Shown piece by piece: positions 50,302 to 59,176 of a stretch of DNA of 64,000 bases. A model generated the notes under the pieces. That model saw only the letters and a program-made list of their open reading frames with translations. It was not told the DNA's origin and did not search any database. The first letter of the stretch is position 1. Each line of letters begins with the position of its first letter. Source of the DNA: an uncultured Nitrospiraceae bacterium (lineage in GTDB: Bacteria; Nitrospirota; Nitrospiria; Nitrospirales; Nitrospiraceae); the NCBI GenBank assembly GCA_963730935.1, contig CAVSTP010000003.1:576001-640000 (forward strand), given 5' to 3'. Position numbers and translations under genes: made by a program.

Positions 50302-50658
50302 ATGCGAGGGCTGCTGCTGTTTTCTCTATTGATCCTTTCGGCCTGTGCACTGCTGATCCCACCGGAATGCCGATACCTGAAGGCCGCGCAACACCATGCC
50401 ACAATGGCGGACGTCCAAGAGCGCCTTGGGCTGCCATTGACGAGAAATGATACACCCAACGGGACAACGTGGCTCTACGAAGTACTGGAAGAGCAACCGA
50501 CTCATCGCGGCACGCCGACCGGCTTCTGGTGCGACGAATATCGAGTAAGCTTCGATTCGAAGGGCGTCCTGCGAGCCTGGACCCACCGATCGTTTTTCCA
50601 TAAGGGAGAATTACAGCCCGAACCTTGTCAGGCGGGTTACGAGCATCTGGCGCTGTAG
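50302..50658 (+). CDS. Putative lipoprotein (SmpA/BamE-like small fold)
   Basis: GGAG RBS; lipobox LSAC; VQERLGLP...TWLY...YRVSFDSKGVLRAW. Confidence 0.7.
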   Translation: MRGLLLFSLLILSACALLIPPECRYLKAAQHHATMADVQERLGLPLTRNDTPNGTTWLYEVLEEQPTHRGTPTGFWCDEYRVSFDSKGVLRAWTHRSFFHKGELQPEPCQAGYEHLAL

Positions 50659-50780
50659 ATTGAAGTTGCTCTTGCCACCCATGCCATCACAAGCGGTCTC
50701 ATAGGTCTGGTCACCCTGCTGCTCTATCTACTCCGGTATGAGACGGATCTCCTAGCGGCTTCTGAATCGATTCTGTCGAA

Positions 50781-50830
50781 GGCCGCCGCCTGTGTCTTGA
50801 ACGTTCCGAGGTTCGGCGTTTCCCCGTTTT
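50781..50830 (-). pseudogene. Degenerate 17-codon relic of the adjacent 49-aa gene
   Basis: Encodes KTGKR(R, -1)NLGTFKTQAAA versus KTGKRRNLGTFKTRAAA at 51010-51060. Confidence 0.7.
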
Positions 50831-50967
50831 GCCCCTGTACGACACGGCACTCGCCGCGCCGCCCTAGCGCTCATTCTAACTACTTAGGAGGGTTGTTTGA
50901 CAATCGCACAGGAGAGTTTGTGGGATCAGGAACAGAGTAAAGAAGTTCTGTAGAGAAATTGGGCTTG

Positions 50968-51117
50968 TTAATGCCGTTTGAAGTACTGCACTTCCCGTTC
51001 ATGCTGCTCGGCTGCTGCCCGCGTCTTGAATGTTCCGAGGTTCCGGCGCTTCCCGGTCTTCGGGTTCTTCTTGCGCGAATACAACCGGTATCCGCCCGAT
51101 GACAATTTCCGGATCAT
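50968..51117 (-). CDS. Small basic hypothetical protein (49 aa, below ORF-track cutoff)
   Basis: MIRKLSSGGYRLYSRKKNPKTGKRRNLGTFKTRAAAEQHEREVQYFKRH; the synonymous-biased relic copy supports coding status. Confidence 0.8.
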   Translation of the reverse strand: MIRKLSSGGYRLYSRKKNPKTGKRRNLGTFKTRAAAEQHEREVQYFKRH

Positions 51118-51138
51118 GCGATGTGACTCAGCGGGAAT

Positions 51139-52188
51139 CTAGATTTCAGCGACTTCCGCGATGATGGTGTGATAACCCGATGCGCCGGCCGGCTGGGGTC
51201 GGACCAGTTCAGCAATCTGCAGCTGGCCTTTGGTGTCGGTTGCCCGGACGACCGTTTGATACTTTCCGGGCTTAGGTGGCTTCCACGTGTAGCTCCAGAT
51301 GACCCATGAATAGGGGGACATGGGCGGTTCGATGCGACATTCATTCCACGTCCGGCCGGCATCGAGACTCAGTTCGACCTTGGCGATCGTGTGGGGTCCG
51401 CCAAACGCGATACCGCGGAAGGTCTGCTCGGGTCCTTTCAATGGCTGGTAGTGACCGGGGGAGTCGATCCGTGAAAAGACCTTGATCGTGCCGTCGTCCG
51501 TCCAACCTTTGCGCTGCCAGTAGCCAAGGTAGTCGCCAGGATACACTTCGATTTCGTGAATCCATTTCACGTTCTTGATGCCATAGAGGCCGGGCACGAT
51601 CAGACGGAGTGGGAATCCGTGCTCCTTCGGCAACTTCTCTCCGTTCATCAAAAAGGCGAGCATCACATCATCCTGCATCGCCCTGGTGAACGGGATGCTG
51701 TCATCGTATCCATCGATCCCGCGAAAGATCACGTCGCGCGCCGTTTCTTCGTCCGCGCCAGAATCTTGCAGCAGCTTTTTGAGTGAGATCCCCCGCCAGG
51801 TCGCATTTCCCAGGCTGTCGCCGCCGGGCAAGGTATCGATGCACATGAGGGTGGACACCTGGTCGTAAGAGTCCCGATTCAGGATGTCACGCCAGCCCAA
51901 GGACATCGGTGTTTTCACTTCACCTTTGACGGTCAATTTCCATTGTTCGATGTTGACCTCGCGGGAGACTGAAACGACGCTGTCGGCGTAGTTGACGACG
52001 TAGAACTTTGAATTACTGGTGAAGTAGGTCGTATCGCGGGGCGGGACCGCAAACATGCGACCGAAGACGCCCCCGACGGCGTCACAGCCGCCGGTCATGC
52101 CCATGAGGGCGCCAAGGCCGGTGGCTTTCAAGATGGTTCGACGCGAGATGCGCATGGGTTCGTATCCGTTGAGAATTCTTTCATTCAT
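51139..52188 (-). CDS. Sulfite-oxidase-family molybdopterin oxidoreductase, Tat-exported lipoprotein (alternative start 52155)
   Basis: SRRTILK Tat motif with GGC lipobox; TLMCID (Mo-Cys), GNATWRG, HGFPLRLIVPGLYGIKNVKW, C-terminal dimerisation domain. Confidence 0.9.
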   Translation of the reverse strand: MNERILNGYEPMRISRRTILKATGLGALMGMTGGCDAVGGVFGRMFAVPPRDTTYFTSNSKFYVVNYADSVVSVSREVNIEQWKLTVKGEVKTPMSLGWRDILNRDSYDQVSTLMCIDTLPGGDSLGNATWRGISLKKLLQDSGADEETARDVIFRGIDGYDDSIPFTRAMQDDVMLAFLMNGEKLPKEHGFPLRLIVPGLYGIKNVKWIHEIEVYPGDYLGYWQRKGWTDDGTIKVFSRIDSPGHYQPLKGPEQTFRGIAFGGPHTIAKVELSLDAGRTWNECRIEPPMSPYSWVIWSYTWKPPKPGKYQTVVRATDTKGQLQIAELVRPQPAGASGYHTIIAEVAEI

Positions 52189-52329
52189 TATCGTACAGCC
52201 GCCATACTTGCTGCAACGTGCGGCTCACGCTCGTGCGGCTGATAGTGCGTGACTGAACGAGTACCCCGCTGCTTACATCCAACTACGACGAGAGGAGGCG
52301 AGAGCGATACTCATTGAAGAGGAATCGTC

Positions 52330-52349
52330 AACTGTCAGTTTTGACAGTT
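52330..52349 (+). promoter_or_regulatory. Palindromic operator site 1 (AACTGTCA-GTTT-TGACAGTT)
   Basis: Perfect 8-bp inverted repeat; core ends 24 nt before TACACT (52372). Confidence 0.65.
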
Positions 52350-52453
52350 CCTCTGATCGCAGCCTCGTGGCTACACTAGTCGGCCATTCTCTTCACGGAG
52401 GAGGGAGTGTGTTTGACAAGGCACTTCACGATGCTGCCCCAGGGAAGGTGCGT

Positions 52454-52891
52454 ATGGCCTCATGTGATGATGAGGTGCGGTGGCTGCGGCTCACGATCTG
52501 CGCGTTAGTGGTAGGTGTATGTGCCGGTTGCGCCGGAGGGTCGCCTCAACAGGACGCCTCCTGGAAGGTGGTGCCGATCACCGAAGTTGGGATGGTCGTC
52601 GGTGAATGGGAAGGGCTGGTGAAGAAGGATCATGCGTCGCTCCCCGAAGGATCGGTTCGTCTCATGATTCGGGCCAACGGCACCTATCTGTTTGCGGGTC
52701 AAACCGCGTCCAGAGCGGCTGTTGGGTCCGGAGATCTCGAAACGCGCGACGGCCGATTGGTCGGAGACACAGAGAAGCGCGCCGTCACATTTACGTTGTA
52801 CGACCATAAGGGTAAAGCCGTGGTGCTCGTCGAATCGATTATCCATGAAACAGGAGAGCGCTATCGCGGTGAATTTACCAAGGTGCAGTGA
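52454..52891 (+). CDS. Putative lipoprotein, hypothetical
   Basis: Hydrophobic signal ending CAGC; beta-rich body (VGEWEG). Confidence 0.65.
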   Translation: MASCDDEVRWLRLTICALVVGVCAGCAGGSPQQDASWKVVPITEVGMVVGEWEGLVKKDHASLPEGSVRLMIRANGTYLFAGQTASRAAVGSGDLETRDGRLVGDTEKRAVTFTLYDHKGKAVVLVESIIHETGERYRGEFTKVQ

Positions 52892-52976
52892 GGATCGTAG
52901 GGCATCTGAATTCTGGGATCTTGCATAGAGGACGACGCTTGAACGAAGATGGCGTTGTCATCTGTGAGGCACTGCC

Positions 52977-53603
52977 ATGCGAATGTTTCGAACGAACAGA
53001 GTCTCCCTCTGGCCGTTCATCGGTTTCACGGTTGTGCTGCTCTGGCAGGGATGCAGCGGAGACCGATACAAGACGGTGGTCGATGCGGCGGGAGCCGGAC
53101 TCAGCTCCCTAACCCTGGCGGACGACTATCGACACCAGCGACGCATACAGGAAGTCTTAGTTGCAGAGCCTAAGTTCGCCGGCCTCGTGCTGACAGCCTA
53201 TGTCTTCATGGATCACGGCTATGTTGTCGGCCATGTGCATAGTCCCGAGCAGGCCGAAGCTGTGTACAAGACGGCGAGGAAGGTGGAAGGTCTCAGATCG
53301 CTCAACGCGTTTCTCCCGGTCAAACATACTTCGACCGTCGATACCGTTGGGAAGGTCTCACCGGATGCCGCATTGAAGGCGCAAGTCGAGGCAGAGCTTG
53401 CGCGCACTCCTGGTGTGGTGGACACGCGCGTGCACGTCGAAATCCTAGACGACCGTGCGATTTTGCTCGGTGTCGTGTCAGGTAGCGAAGAAAAGACACG
53501 TGCGGAACATGCCGCGGCATCCACCCTCGGCGTCAAGCGCATCATCAACTGGTTGTTGTTGCCGGAAACTGAGTATTTGGCGATCCGGTCACAGGTGTTT
53601 TAG
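52977..53603 (+). CDS. BON-domain lipoprotein (two BON domains)
   Basis: Lipobox QGC; DAALKAQVEAEL...VHVEI...LLGVV...GVKRIINWL. Confidence 0.8.
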   Translation: MRMFRTNRVSLWPFIGFTVVLLWQGCSGDRYKTVVDAAGAGLSSLTLADDYRHQRRIQEVLVAEPKFAGLVLTAYVFMDHGYVVGHVHSPEQAEAVYKTARKVEGLRSLNAFLPVKHTSTVDTVGKVSPDAALKAQVEAELARTPGVVDTRVHVEILDDRAILLGVVSGSEEKTRAEHAAASTLGVKRIINWLLLPETEYLAIRSQVF

Positions 53604-53615
53604 AGACGCGGTGTT

Positions 53616-54863
53616 ATGGAGAAGATCGGGGTGGAGAAGATCGGTTTCCACAGTGTCCGTCGCGCACAGCCCCGGCTGTTTCTTTCGCTCCTGGCGGTAG
53701 TCCTCGTTGCCGGCTGCGTGGAGCCGACCCGCGAAGCCTTACGGGAGCCGACGGGCACGCCGATGCCGCGGATCACGTTACTGACCTACAACACGCTGCA
53801 CGGACTTGAGCCAAGCGGGATGACGGTCAAGGCGAGCGAATCGCAGGAGGTCCGGCAAGCGAGGCTCGACCTCCAATTTCGCCAACTTTCTCTCATCCAG
53901 CCCGACGTCATGCTTCTTCAAGAAGTCAATCCCCTTCCGGAAATGGCCGAGCGATACATCGCGGCGATGAAGCGCTCCGGTTTGGACTACCAATCGGTTC
54001 ATCAGGTGGATGCCTGCGGAGTGCGTTTGGCTCCTGGACTTGCGGTCGTCCCGGGCTTGAACAATGGCTTAGCCGTGCTCGCCAAGGCTCCTCTGCGCCT
54101 ACGAAAAGTGGAGGGTCTCAAGCTCAGTGGAGGCTTCGGGCGCTGCGACGACTACATGGGCTTTCAAACGGGGGAGCTGCGGTATGCACTGATCGCTGAA
54201 GTCGAAAATCCCAATACGGGCAGGAAACTCTTGACGGTCAGTCTGCATCTGCATTCCGGGATTGAACGGAATGCGTTTTTCATACAAAAAATTCAGGATG
54301 CGGTGAAGGCGGGAAAGGCGCGGCAGGAGGATTTTGCAGAGATCGTGGCCGCGATGGAGCAGGACCAGGAACGACGGCTCGAAGAGATTCGTCTGCTCGT
54401 GAAGGAGATCGACACGCTGTATGCGAAAGGGTCCTATCTGGGTGTCCTCGTGGGAGGAGATTTCAACTTTGAGCCCGACGACCCGGAATACCGTGAACTC
54501 GAACGGGCGGGCCTCACAGACACGTACGCGATGGCGCATCCTGAAACGGAAGTCTACAGTCTTGATCCTCAGCGAAACGTGATCGCAGGCCATGGCATAC
54601 AAGAAGTGCCATCGACGCTTCGTGCGGCAATGAGACGGCTTCCTGAAAGCCAGCAGCAGAAAATTCTCGAAGGCTATCAAAAGGGGATCACTCAGGCGAG
54701 GCGGGTGGACTTTTTGTTCCTCATGAGAAAGCCATCCGACAGTGCGACAGGCTGTTTCCGGCAGGAACTGTTCGGCCAATCCGAGGCGGTTTCAACCGCA
54801 CCAGGATCAGATCACTATGGTGTGCTCGTCACGTATATGGCCGATGCATCCCAGTGCGGCTAG
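53616..54863 (+). CDS. Endonuclease/exonuclease/phosphatase (EEP) family lipoprotein
   Basis: Lipobox VAGC; LTYNTLHG, LLQEV, SLHLH, GGDFN, RVDFLF, SDHYGV. Confidence 0.88.
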   Translation: MEKIGVEKIGFHSVRRAQPRLFLSLLAVVLVAGCVEPTREALREPTGTPMPRITLLTYNTLHGLEPSGMTVKASESQEVRQARLDLQFRQLSLIQPDVMLLQEVNPLPEMAERYIAAMKRSGLDYQSVHQVDACGVRLAPGLAVVPGLNNGLAVLAKAPLRLRKVEGLKLSGGFGRCDDYMGFQTGELRYALIAEVENPNTGRKLLTVSLHLHSGIERNAFFIQKIQDAVKAGKARQEDFAEIVAAMEQDQERRLEEIRLLVKEIDTLYAKGSYLGVLVGGDFNFEPDDPEYRELERAGLTDTYAMAHPETEVYSLDPQRNVIAGHGIQEVPSTLRAAMRRLPESQQQKILEGYQKGITQARRVDFLFLMRKPSDSATGCFRQELFGQSEAVSTAPGSDHYGVLVTYMADASQCG

Positions 54864-54890
54864 GAACCTCGTATGTGATGGAGGATCCAC

Positions 54891-55226
54891 ATGTCATTGC
54901 CGTTGCATGAAATTATCGGCTTCGTGGCGGGATTCGGGACGACATTTGCCGCCCTGCCAGATCTCATCGCTATGCTCAAGCGGCGATCCTGTGAAGGCAT
55001 GAATCCGACGATGGCCGCGATCATGGGCACGTTTCAAATCGTGTGGGTGTATTACGGGATTTTGGTCGAGTCGAGGCCGGTGATCGTGTGGAATATCATC
55101 GCCGTGGGGATCAATTTTTTAGTCGTCGGGGCCTATTTCTACTTTGCTTCTACCACACCGCGGCACACTCCGTTGATCAATCATCCCGCGCCGGGTGAGA
55201 GCACGAAGAATTCCCCCGGCAGATAG
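54891..55226 (+). CDS. SemiSWEET / PQ-loop-like transporter
   Basis: GGAGG RBS; IIGFVAGFGTTFAALPD...WVYYGIL...PVIVWN three-TM pattern. Confidence 0.8.
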   Translation: MSLPLHEIIGFVAGFGTTFAALPDLIAMLKRRSCEGMNPTMAAIMGTFQIVWVYYGILVESRPVIVWNIIAVGINFLVVGAYFYFASTTPRHTPLINHPAPGESTKNSPGR

Positions 55227-55260
55227 AGACGACAGAAGAACCAGAAGGTGGAGGAGGTTC

Positions 55261-55833
55261 ATGCATCGTCGCCGAATCGCGTGTATAGTGATAGGCCTCG
55301 CGCTCAGCCTCTCGGCCTGTAACGAGTTCAAGGTGCAGACCGACCATGACTCTACCGCAGAGTTCAGCGCATTCAAGACATTCGCCTTTGCGGGACTTGC
55401 CGACGTCAATAAAGGCGGGATCTACGACAATTCATTGACGCAAAAACGCGTCGAGACGGCCGTCGTTCGAGAGCTCAGTGCGAAAGGACTTCGTCAAGTC
55501 GGATTGGATGAACATCCTGATCTCTTGGTCCATTACTGGTTCAACGTCCAGGATAAACAACGCCTTGAAAGCGGCGGCACGAGTGTTGGCGTGGCGCGCG
55601 GTCCTTACGGCGGCTATGGATGGGGGGCAGGGTATGGCGGAGGGGTCACGACGGTTGAATACAGAGAAGGCACGTTGATTCTGGATCTCGTCGAACCGGC
55701 TCAAAAGCAGCTCGTGTGGCGGGCCACGATCGTAGGTACATTGCAGGATTCGACGAAAGACAACGTTGAGCTGGGAAACAAGGCGATTGCCAAAGCATTC
55801 GAAAGTTACCCACCGTCCCCCAAAGCACCGTGA
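55261..55833 (+). CDS. DUF4136-domain lipoprotein
   Basis: Lipobox LSAC; DHD..AEFSAFKTF; YREGTLILDLV...QLVWRA; F.SYPP. Confidence 0.85.
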   Translation: MHRRRIACIVIGLALSLSACNEFKVQTDHDSTAEFSAFKTFAFAGLADVNKGGIYDNSLTQKRVETAVVRELSAKGLRQVGLDEHPDLLVHYWFNVQDKQRLESGGTSVGVARGPYGGYGWGAGYGGGVTTVEYREGTLILDLVEPAQKQLVWRATIVGTLQDSTKDNVELGNKAIAKAFESYPPSPKAP

Positions 55834-55858
55834 ACTTTATTCAACAAAGGAGGGAGTC

Positions 55859-56578
55859 ATGAAACAAGTAGCAACTGATCGCGTTCACCGGATTGTGGCG
55901 TGCGCCGGCGTTATTGCGGCGTTGACCCTTGGGCTGGTCGTGACGCCAGTCCAGGGTCTGGCGGAGGACGCTAGCGATGCCAAAGCCATCGTCGATCAAG
56001 CCGAAGTCTCGCTGAAGAATTTTTTGAGTGACCCGGACATGAAATGGTTCGGCAGTCACCTACAAGAGGCAAAGGGTGTCTTCATCGTGCCAAACCTCAA
56101 GAAGGGAGCCTTCATCTTCGGTGTGGAAGGGGGCACCGGCGTCGTGCTTGCGCGCGATGAAAAAGGCGGTGCATGGAGCGAACCGGTATTTTATGAAACC
56201 TCAGCAGCCAGCTTTGGCCTCCAGGCAGGAGCACAGACATCAGAGGCCATCGTGTTGATCATGACGCAGAAAGGTGTGGATTCCCTCTTGGCGAACAAGC
56301 TCACGCTTGGTGCCGACGGATCTGTTGCAATAGGACCGAAGGGGATGGGAGCCGACACAAATCTCAAGGCGGATTTCGTGACGTTCACGCGTGCGAAGGG
56401 ATTATATGCGGGAGTCTCGTTCGACGGAGCGTCGATCAGGACAAGGGATGACCTCAATACTGCCTATTTCGGAGAGGATGTTCGTCCGTCGGACATTATC
56501 ATTGCCCACAAGGCCAAACCCAATCCGCATTCCAATGAATTGCACGCCATGCTGAAAACGGCCAACGCTAAACCGTAG
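55859..56578 (+). CDS. SYLF/Ysc84 lipid-binding domain protein, exported (paralog 1)
   Basis: AKGVFIVP..KGAFIFG.EGG.GV, WSEP.F, SFGLQAG, KGLYAGVSFDG. Confidence 0.88.
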   Translation: MKQVATDRVHRIVACAGVIAALTLGLVVTPVQGLAEDASDAKAIVDQAEVSLKNFLSDPDMKWFGSHLQEAKGVFIVPNLKKGAFIFGVEGGTGVVLARDEKGGAWSEPVFYETSAASFGLQAGAQTSEAIVLIMTQKGVDSLLANKLTLGADGSVAIGPKGMGADTNLKADFVTFTRAKGLYAGVSFDGASIRTRDDLNTAYFGEDVRPSDIIIAHKAKPNPHSNELHAMLKTANAKP

Positions 56579-56587
56579 CATGTGTGA

Positions 56588-56637
56588 ACGGCAGCGCAGT
56601 GGGAGGACGAACGAATGATGAGTGGCTGCGCTGCCGT
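56588..56637 (+). other. 13-bp stem hairpin after SYLF paralog 1 (possible terminator or processing site)
   Basis: acggcagcgcagt / gctgcgctgccgt with a 24-nt loop; no strong U-tract. Confidence 0.4.
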
Positions 56638-56653
56638 GTGTCTCTCTTACCCT

Positions 56654-56669
56654 CTGTCACTTTTGACAG
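56654..56669 (+). promoter_or_regulatory. Palindromic operator site 2 (CTGTCA-CTTT-TGACAG)
   Basis: Same core as site 1, same downstream TTCC; 23 nt before TG-c-TAGCGT (56693). Confidence 0.65.
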
Positions 56670-56745
56670 TTCCTGCCTTAGCTGAATGGTGCTAGCGTGT
56701 CCCCGCCGATGTCGTGTCAGCCCGCGGTCGGCGAGAGAAGGTCCT

Positions 56746-57450
56746 ATGCCTCACATGTCCTGGCGGTCCATGGTGCCTCTGATCGGCGTGGTGTTGGCTG
56801 CTGTCGTCACGGCGACAATGAGTCCAGCATACCTGGAAGCCTCGACCGAGCAGCAGCAACTTGTCGATAAAGCGAGGCTCACGGTGGAAGCGTTTGCCAT
56901 GGACCCGCAACAAGAGGACGTTCGGCAGTGGGTGTCGAGCGGCAAAGGCGTCTTCATCGTCCCACAGCTTCTTCGCGGCGCCTTCGTGTTTGGAGGTGCG
57001 GGTGGCGGCGGCATCCTGCTGATCCGCGATGAGAAGTCGGGCGAATGGTCGCAGCCGGCCTTCTACAACATCGGCGCGGTCAGTTTCGGTCTCCAGGCCG
57101 GCGCCGACACGTCCGAGTTGGTTGTGATCGTGAGAACCCAGAAGGGGCTGGAGGAGTTCTATCGCTCGGATTTCAAACTAGGCGCCGACGTGGGAGTATC
57201 CGTCGGACCGCTGGGCAGCAGCGCGGCCATGGGAGGCATCGCTGCGGATCTCGTGTCCTTCGGCCGCAGTAAAGGCGCATTCATGGGCATGGCGCTCGAC
57301 GGCGCCGTGATCGCAGTCTCCGACGACTCCAACTCAACGTATTATGGAAAGGCTGTCCGCCCGACGGACATTCTTGTGAAAAAGTCAGTGACAAACCCCG
57401 CATCGGCTCAATTGCGCGATGCCATCTCGGTGTTGACGAAGGAGAAGTAA
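56746..57450 (+). CDS. SYLF/Ysc84 domain protein, exported (paralog 2)
   Basis: KGVFIVPQLLRGAFVFGGAGGGG, WSQPAF, SFGLQAG, SKGAFMGMALDG. Confidence 0.88.
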   Translation: MPHMSWRSMVPLIGVVLAAVVTATMSPAYLEASTEQQQLVDKARLTVEAFAMDPQQEDVRQWVSSGKGVFIVPQLLRGAFVFGGAGGGGILLIRDEKSGEWSQPAFYNIGAVSFGLQAGADTSELVVIVRTQKGLEEFYRSDFKLGADVGVSVGPLGSSAAMGGIAADLVSFGRSKGAFMGMALDGAVIAVSDDSNSTYYGKAVRPTDILVKKSVTNPASAQLRDAISVLTKEK

Positions 57451-57483
57451 CCAGGTGTACCCTCAACAGAAAGGACGCACATC

Positions 57484-57969
57484 ATGATGAAGGTCGTATC
57501 GTTGTTCTTCACCGGGCTGATGCTTTGTACTGTCTCGGCCATTGCACAGCCGGCATCGGATACCAGCGCCGATACCAATATGGAAATTTTGAAGCAGAAG
57601 CTGAAGGCGGACAAAAAGCTCCTGGTGGCGGGGAATATGGATCTCTCGGATGCGGAGGCCAAAAAGTTCTGGCCGGTCTATGACGCCTATCAGAAGGACT
57701 TGGAACAGGTAAATCAGAAACTGGGACAAACGATCAAGGAGTATGCGGAGGCCTTCAACAAAGGCTCGGTCCCGGACAATACGGCGAAGAAACTGCTCAA
57801 CAACGCGTTGTCGGTGGAGGAGCAGGAAACCAAGCTGAAACGAACCTACGCGGAAAAGCTCGAGAAGGTCCTCCCGTTCAACAAGGTTGCGCGCTACATC
57901 CAGATAGAAAACAAGATCCGGGCCTTGATCAAGATGGAGTTGGCACAGCAGATTCCTCTCGTCTATTGA
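57484..57969 (+). CDS. Exported helical hypothetical protein (FWPVY family, paralog 1)
   Basis: Signal; KKLLVAGNMDLSDAEAKKFWPVYDAYQKDL...YIQIENKI. Confidence 0.8.
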   Translation: MMKVVSLFFTGLMLCTVSAIAQPASDTSADTNMEILKQKLKADKKLLVAGNMDLSDAEAKKFWPVYDAYQKDLEQVNQKLGQTIKEYAEAFNKGSVPDNTAKKLLNNALSVEEQETKLKRTYAEKLEKVLPFNKVARYIQIENKIRALIKMELAQQIPLVY

Positions 57970-58031
57970 GGAAGAGATTGTCCGACAAAGGTTGATTCTC
58001 TCGCCGGTGCGAGAGGGAGGAAGGAGCCGTC

Positions 58032-58640
58032 ATGAAGCCGCTTGCTGTGACCGGCCTGTGTCTTCTGTGTCTCGTCGTGGGTGCTGGTTCTGCGCTGAAT
58101 GCCGAAGAGCCCACGCTGAAGGTCGTCCACATTCGTCCGAGCCTTGACACCGAGAAGCTTCAATACATTCTGTCCACGGAACGCAAATCGGTGTTCGAAC
58201 GGAATATGAACCTGGACGAGAAGCAGAGCGAGGTCTTTTGGGGCGTCTATCATCGATACGAGAAGGAAAAAGAGCAGCTCGAGGCCAAGCGGCTCCGTCT
58301 GTTGGGCACGTACATCGAAAAATATGACTCGCTCAGCAACGACGATGTCATGAAGATCGTCAAGCAGTCCGGCGAGAATCAGCAGGCCGACCTTGCGTTG
58401 CGTCAAAAATACTTCCAGATCTACAGCAAGAAGTTGAATCCCATGGCAGCCGCCCGTTTCATGCAACTCGATGATATCGTCGGGATGGTCACACGCCTTG
58501 CGATCCTGGGCAATCTGCCTTTGATCGGGGATGTTCCTCACGTCGCTGCCTCTGGATCACCCGATGAAAAGTCATCGCAGACCCCGAATCCGGAAACAGC
58601 GCCGACGGTGGACCAACCCTCGACGGAAACAGCGAAATAG
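58032..58640 (+). CDS. Exported helical hypothetical protein (FWPVY family, paralog 2)
   Basis: Signal; RKSVFERNMNLDEKQSEVFWGVYHRYEKEK...FMQLD. Confidence 0.8.
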   Translation: MKPLAVTGLCLLCLVVGAGSALNAEEPTLKVVHIRPSLDTEKLQYILSTERKSVFERNMNLDEKQSEVFWGVYHRYEKEKEQLEAKRLRLLGTYIEKYDSLSNDDVMKIVKQSGENQQADLALRQKYFQIYSKKLNPMAAARFMQLDDIVGMVTRLAILGNLPLIGDVPHVAASGSPDEKSSQTPNPETAPTVDQPSTETAK

Positions 58641-58674
58641 TGCTCGCTCATTTATGGAACTGCGAGGAGGCCTC

Positions 58675-59142
58675 ATGCGTCGTTCACGATTGCTGTTCAT
58701 CGTGATAGGGGTGCTGTTCATGACCGGTGAAGCGTTTGCCGGCATGGATGTGTTCGTCTATCCCAGCAAGGGTCAGACTAAGGAGCAACAGGAACAGGAT
58801 GAGTTCAGTTGTTATAAATGGGCCAAAGAACAAACGGGATTCGATCCAACTCAGCCGGTGCAGCAGGCGGCGGCGCCTCCCCCTCAGGGCGGCGCCGCGA
58901 AGGGCGCGGCAAAAGGTGCCGCGATCGGCGCGATTGGAGGCGCCATCGGCGGTGACGCAGGCAAAGGAGCGGCGATCGGCGCAGGGGTAGGTGCAGCGGG
59001 AGGAGCAGCGCGCCGGCGAAAAGGCGAGCAGCAACAAGCCGCCGCCCAACAAAAAGCAAAGCAAGAGTACAATGCGGAGGTAGACGGCTATAAGCGGGCC
59101 TTTTCAGCCTGCATGACGGGGCGAGGGTACACCGTCAGTTGA
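58675..59142 (+). CDS. Glycine-zipper (YMGG-like) exported protein
   Basis: YPSKGQT.EQQ.QDE..CY.WA; GAAIGAIGGAIGG zipper; ACMTGRGYTV. Confidence 0.85.
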   Translation: MRRSRLLFIVIGVLFMTGEAFAGMDVFVYPSKGQTKEQQEQDEFSCYKWAKEQTGFDPTQPVQQAAAPPPQGGAAKGAAKGAAIGAIGGAIGGDAGKGAAIGAGVGAAGGAARRRKGEQQQAAAQQKAKQEYNAEVDGYKRAFSACMTGRGYTVS

Positions 59143-59176
59143 TCGGCGACTATTCCTCGACCGACAGGAAAGCGAA

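Noticed and set aside
50781..51060. Repeat pair as a DGR template/variable repeat or a c-di-GMP riboswitch
   Set aside because: Mismatches are not adenine-specific but fall at third codon positions, and there is no reverse transcriptase in the window. The GGCAAA..GAAA similarity lacks the rest of the riboswitch consensus.
52341..52377. TTGACA inside the palindrome as a canonical -35 box
   Set aside because: The spacing to the best -10 hexamer is 25 nt, too long; better read as an activator half-site.
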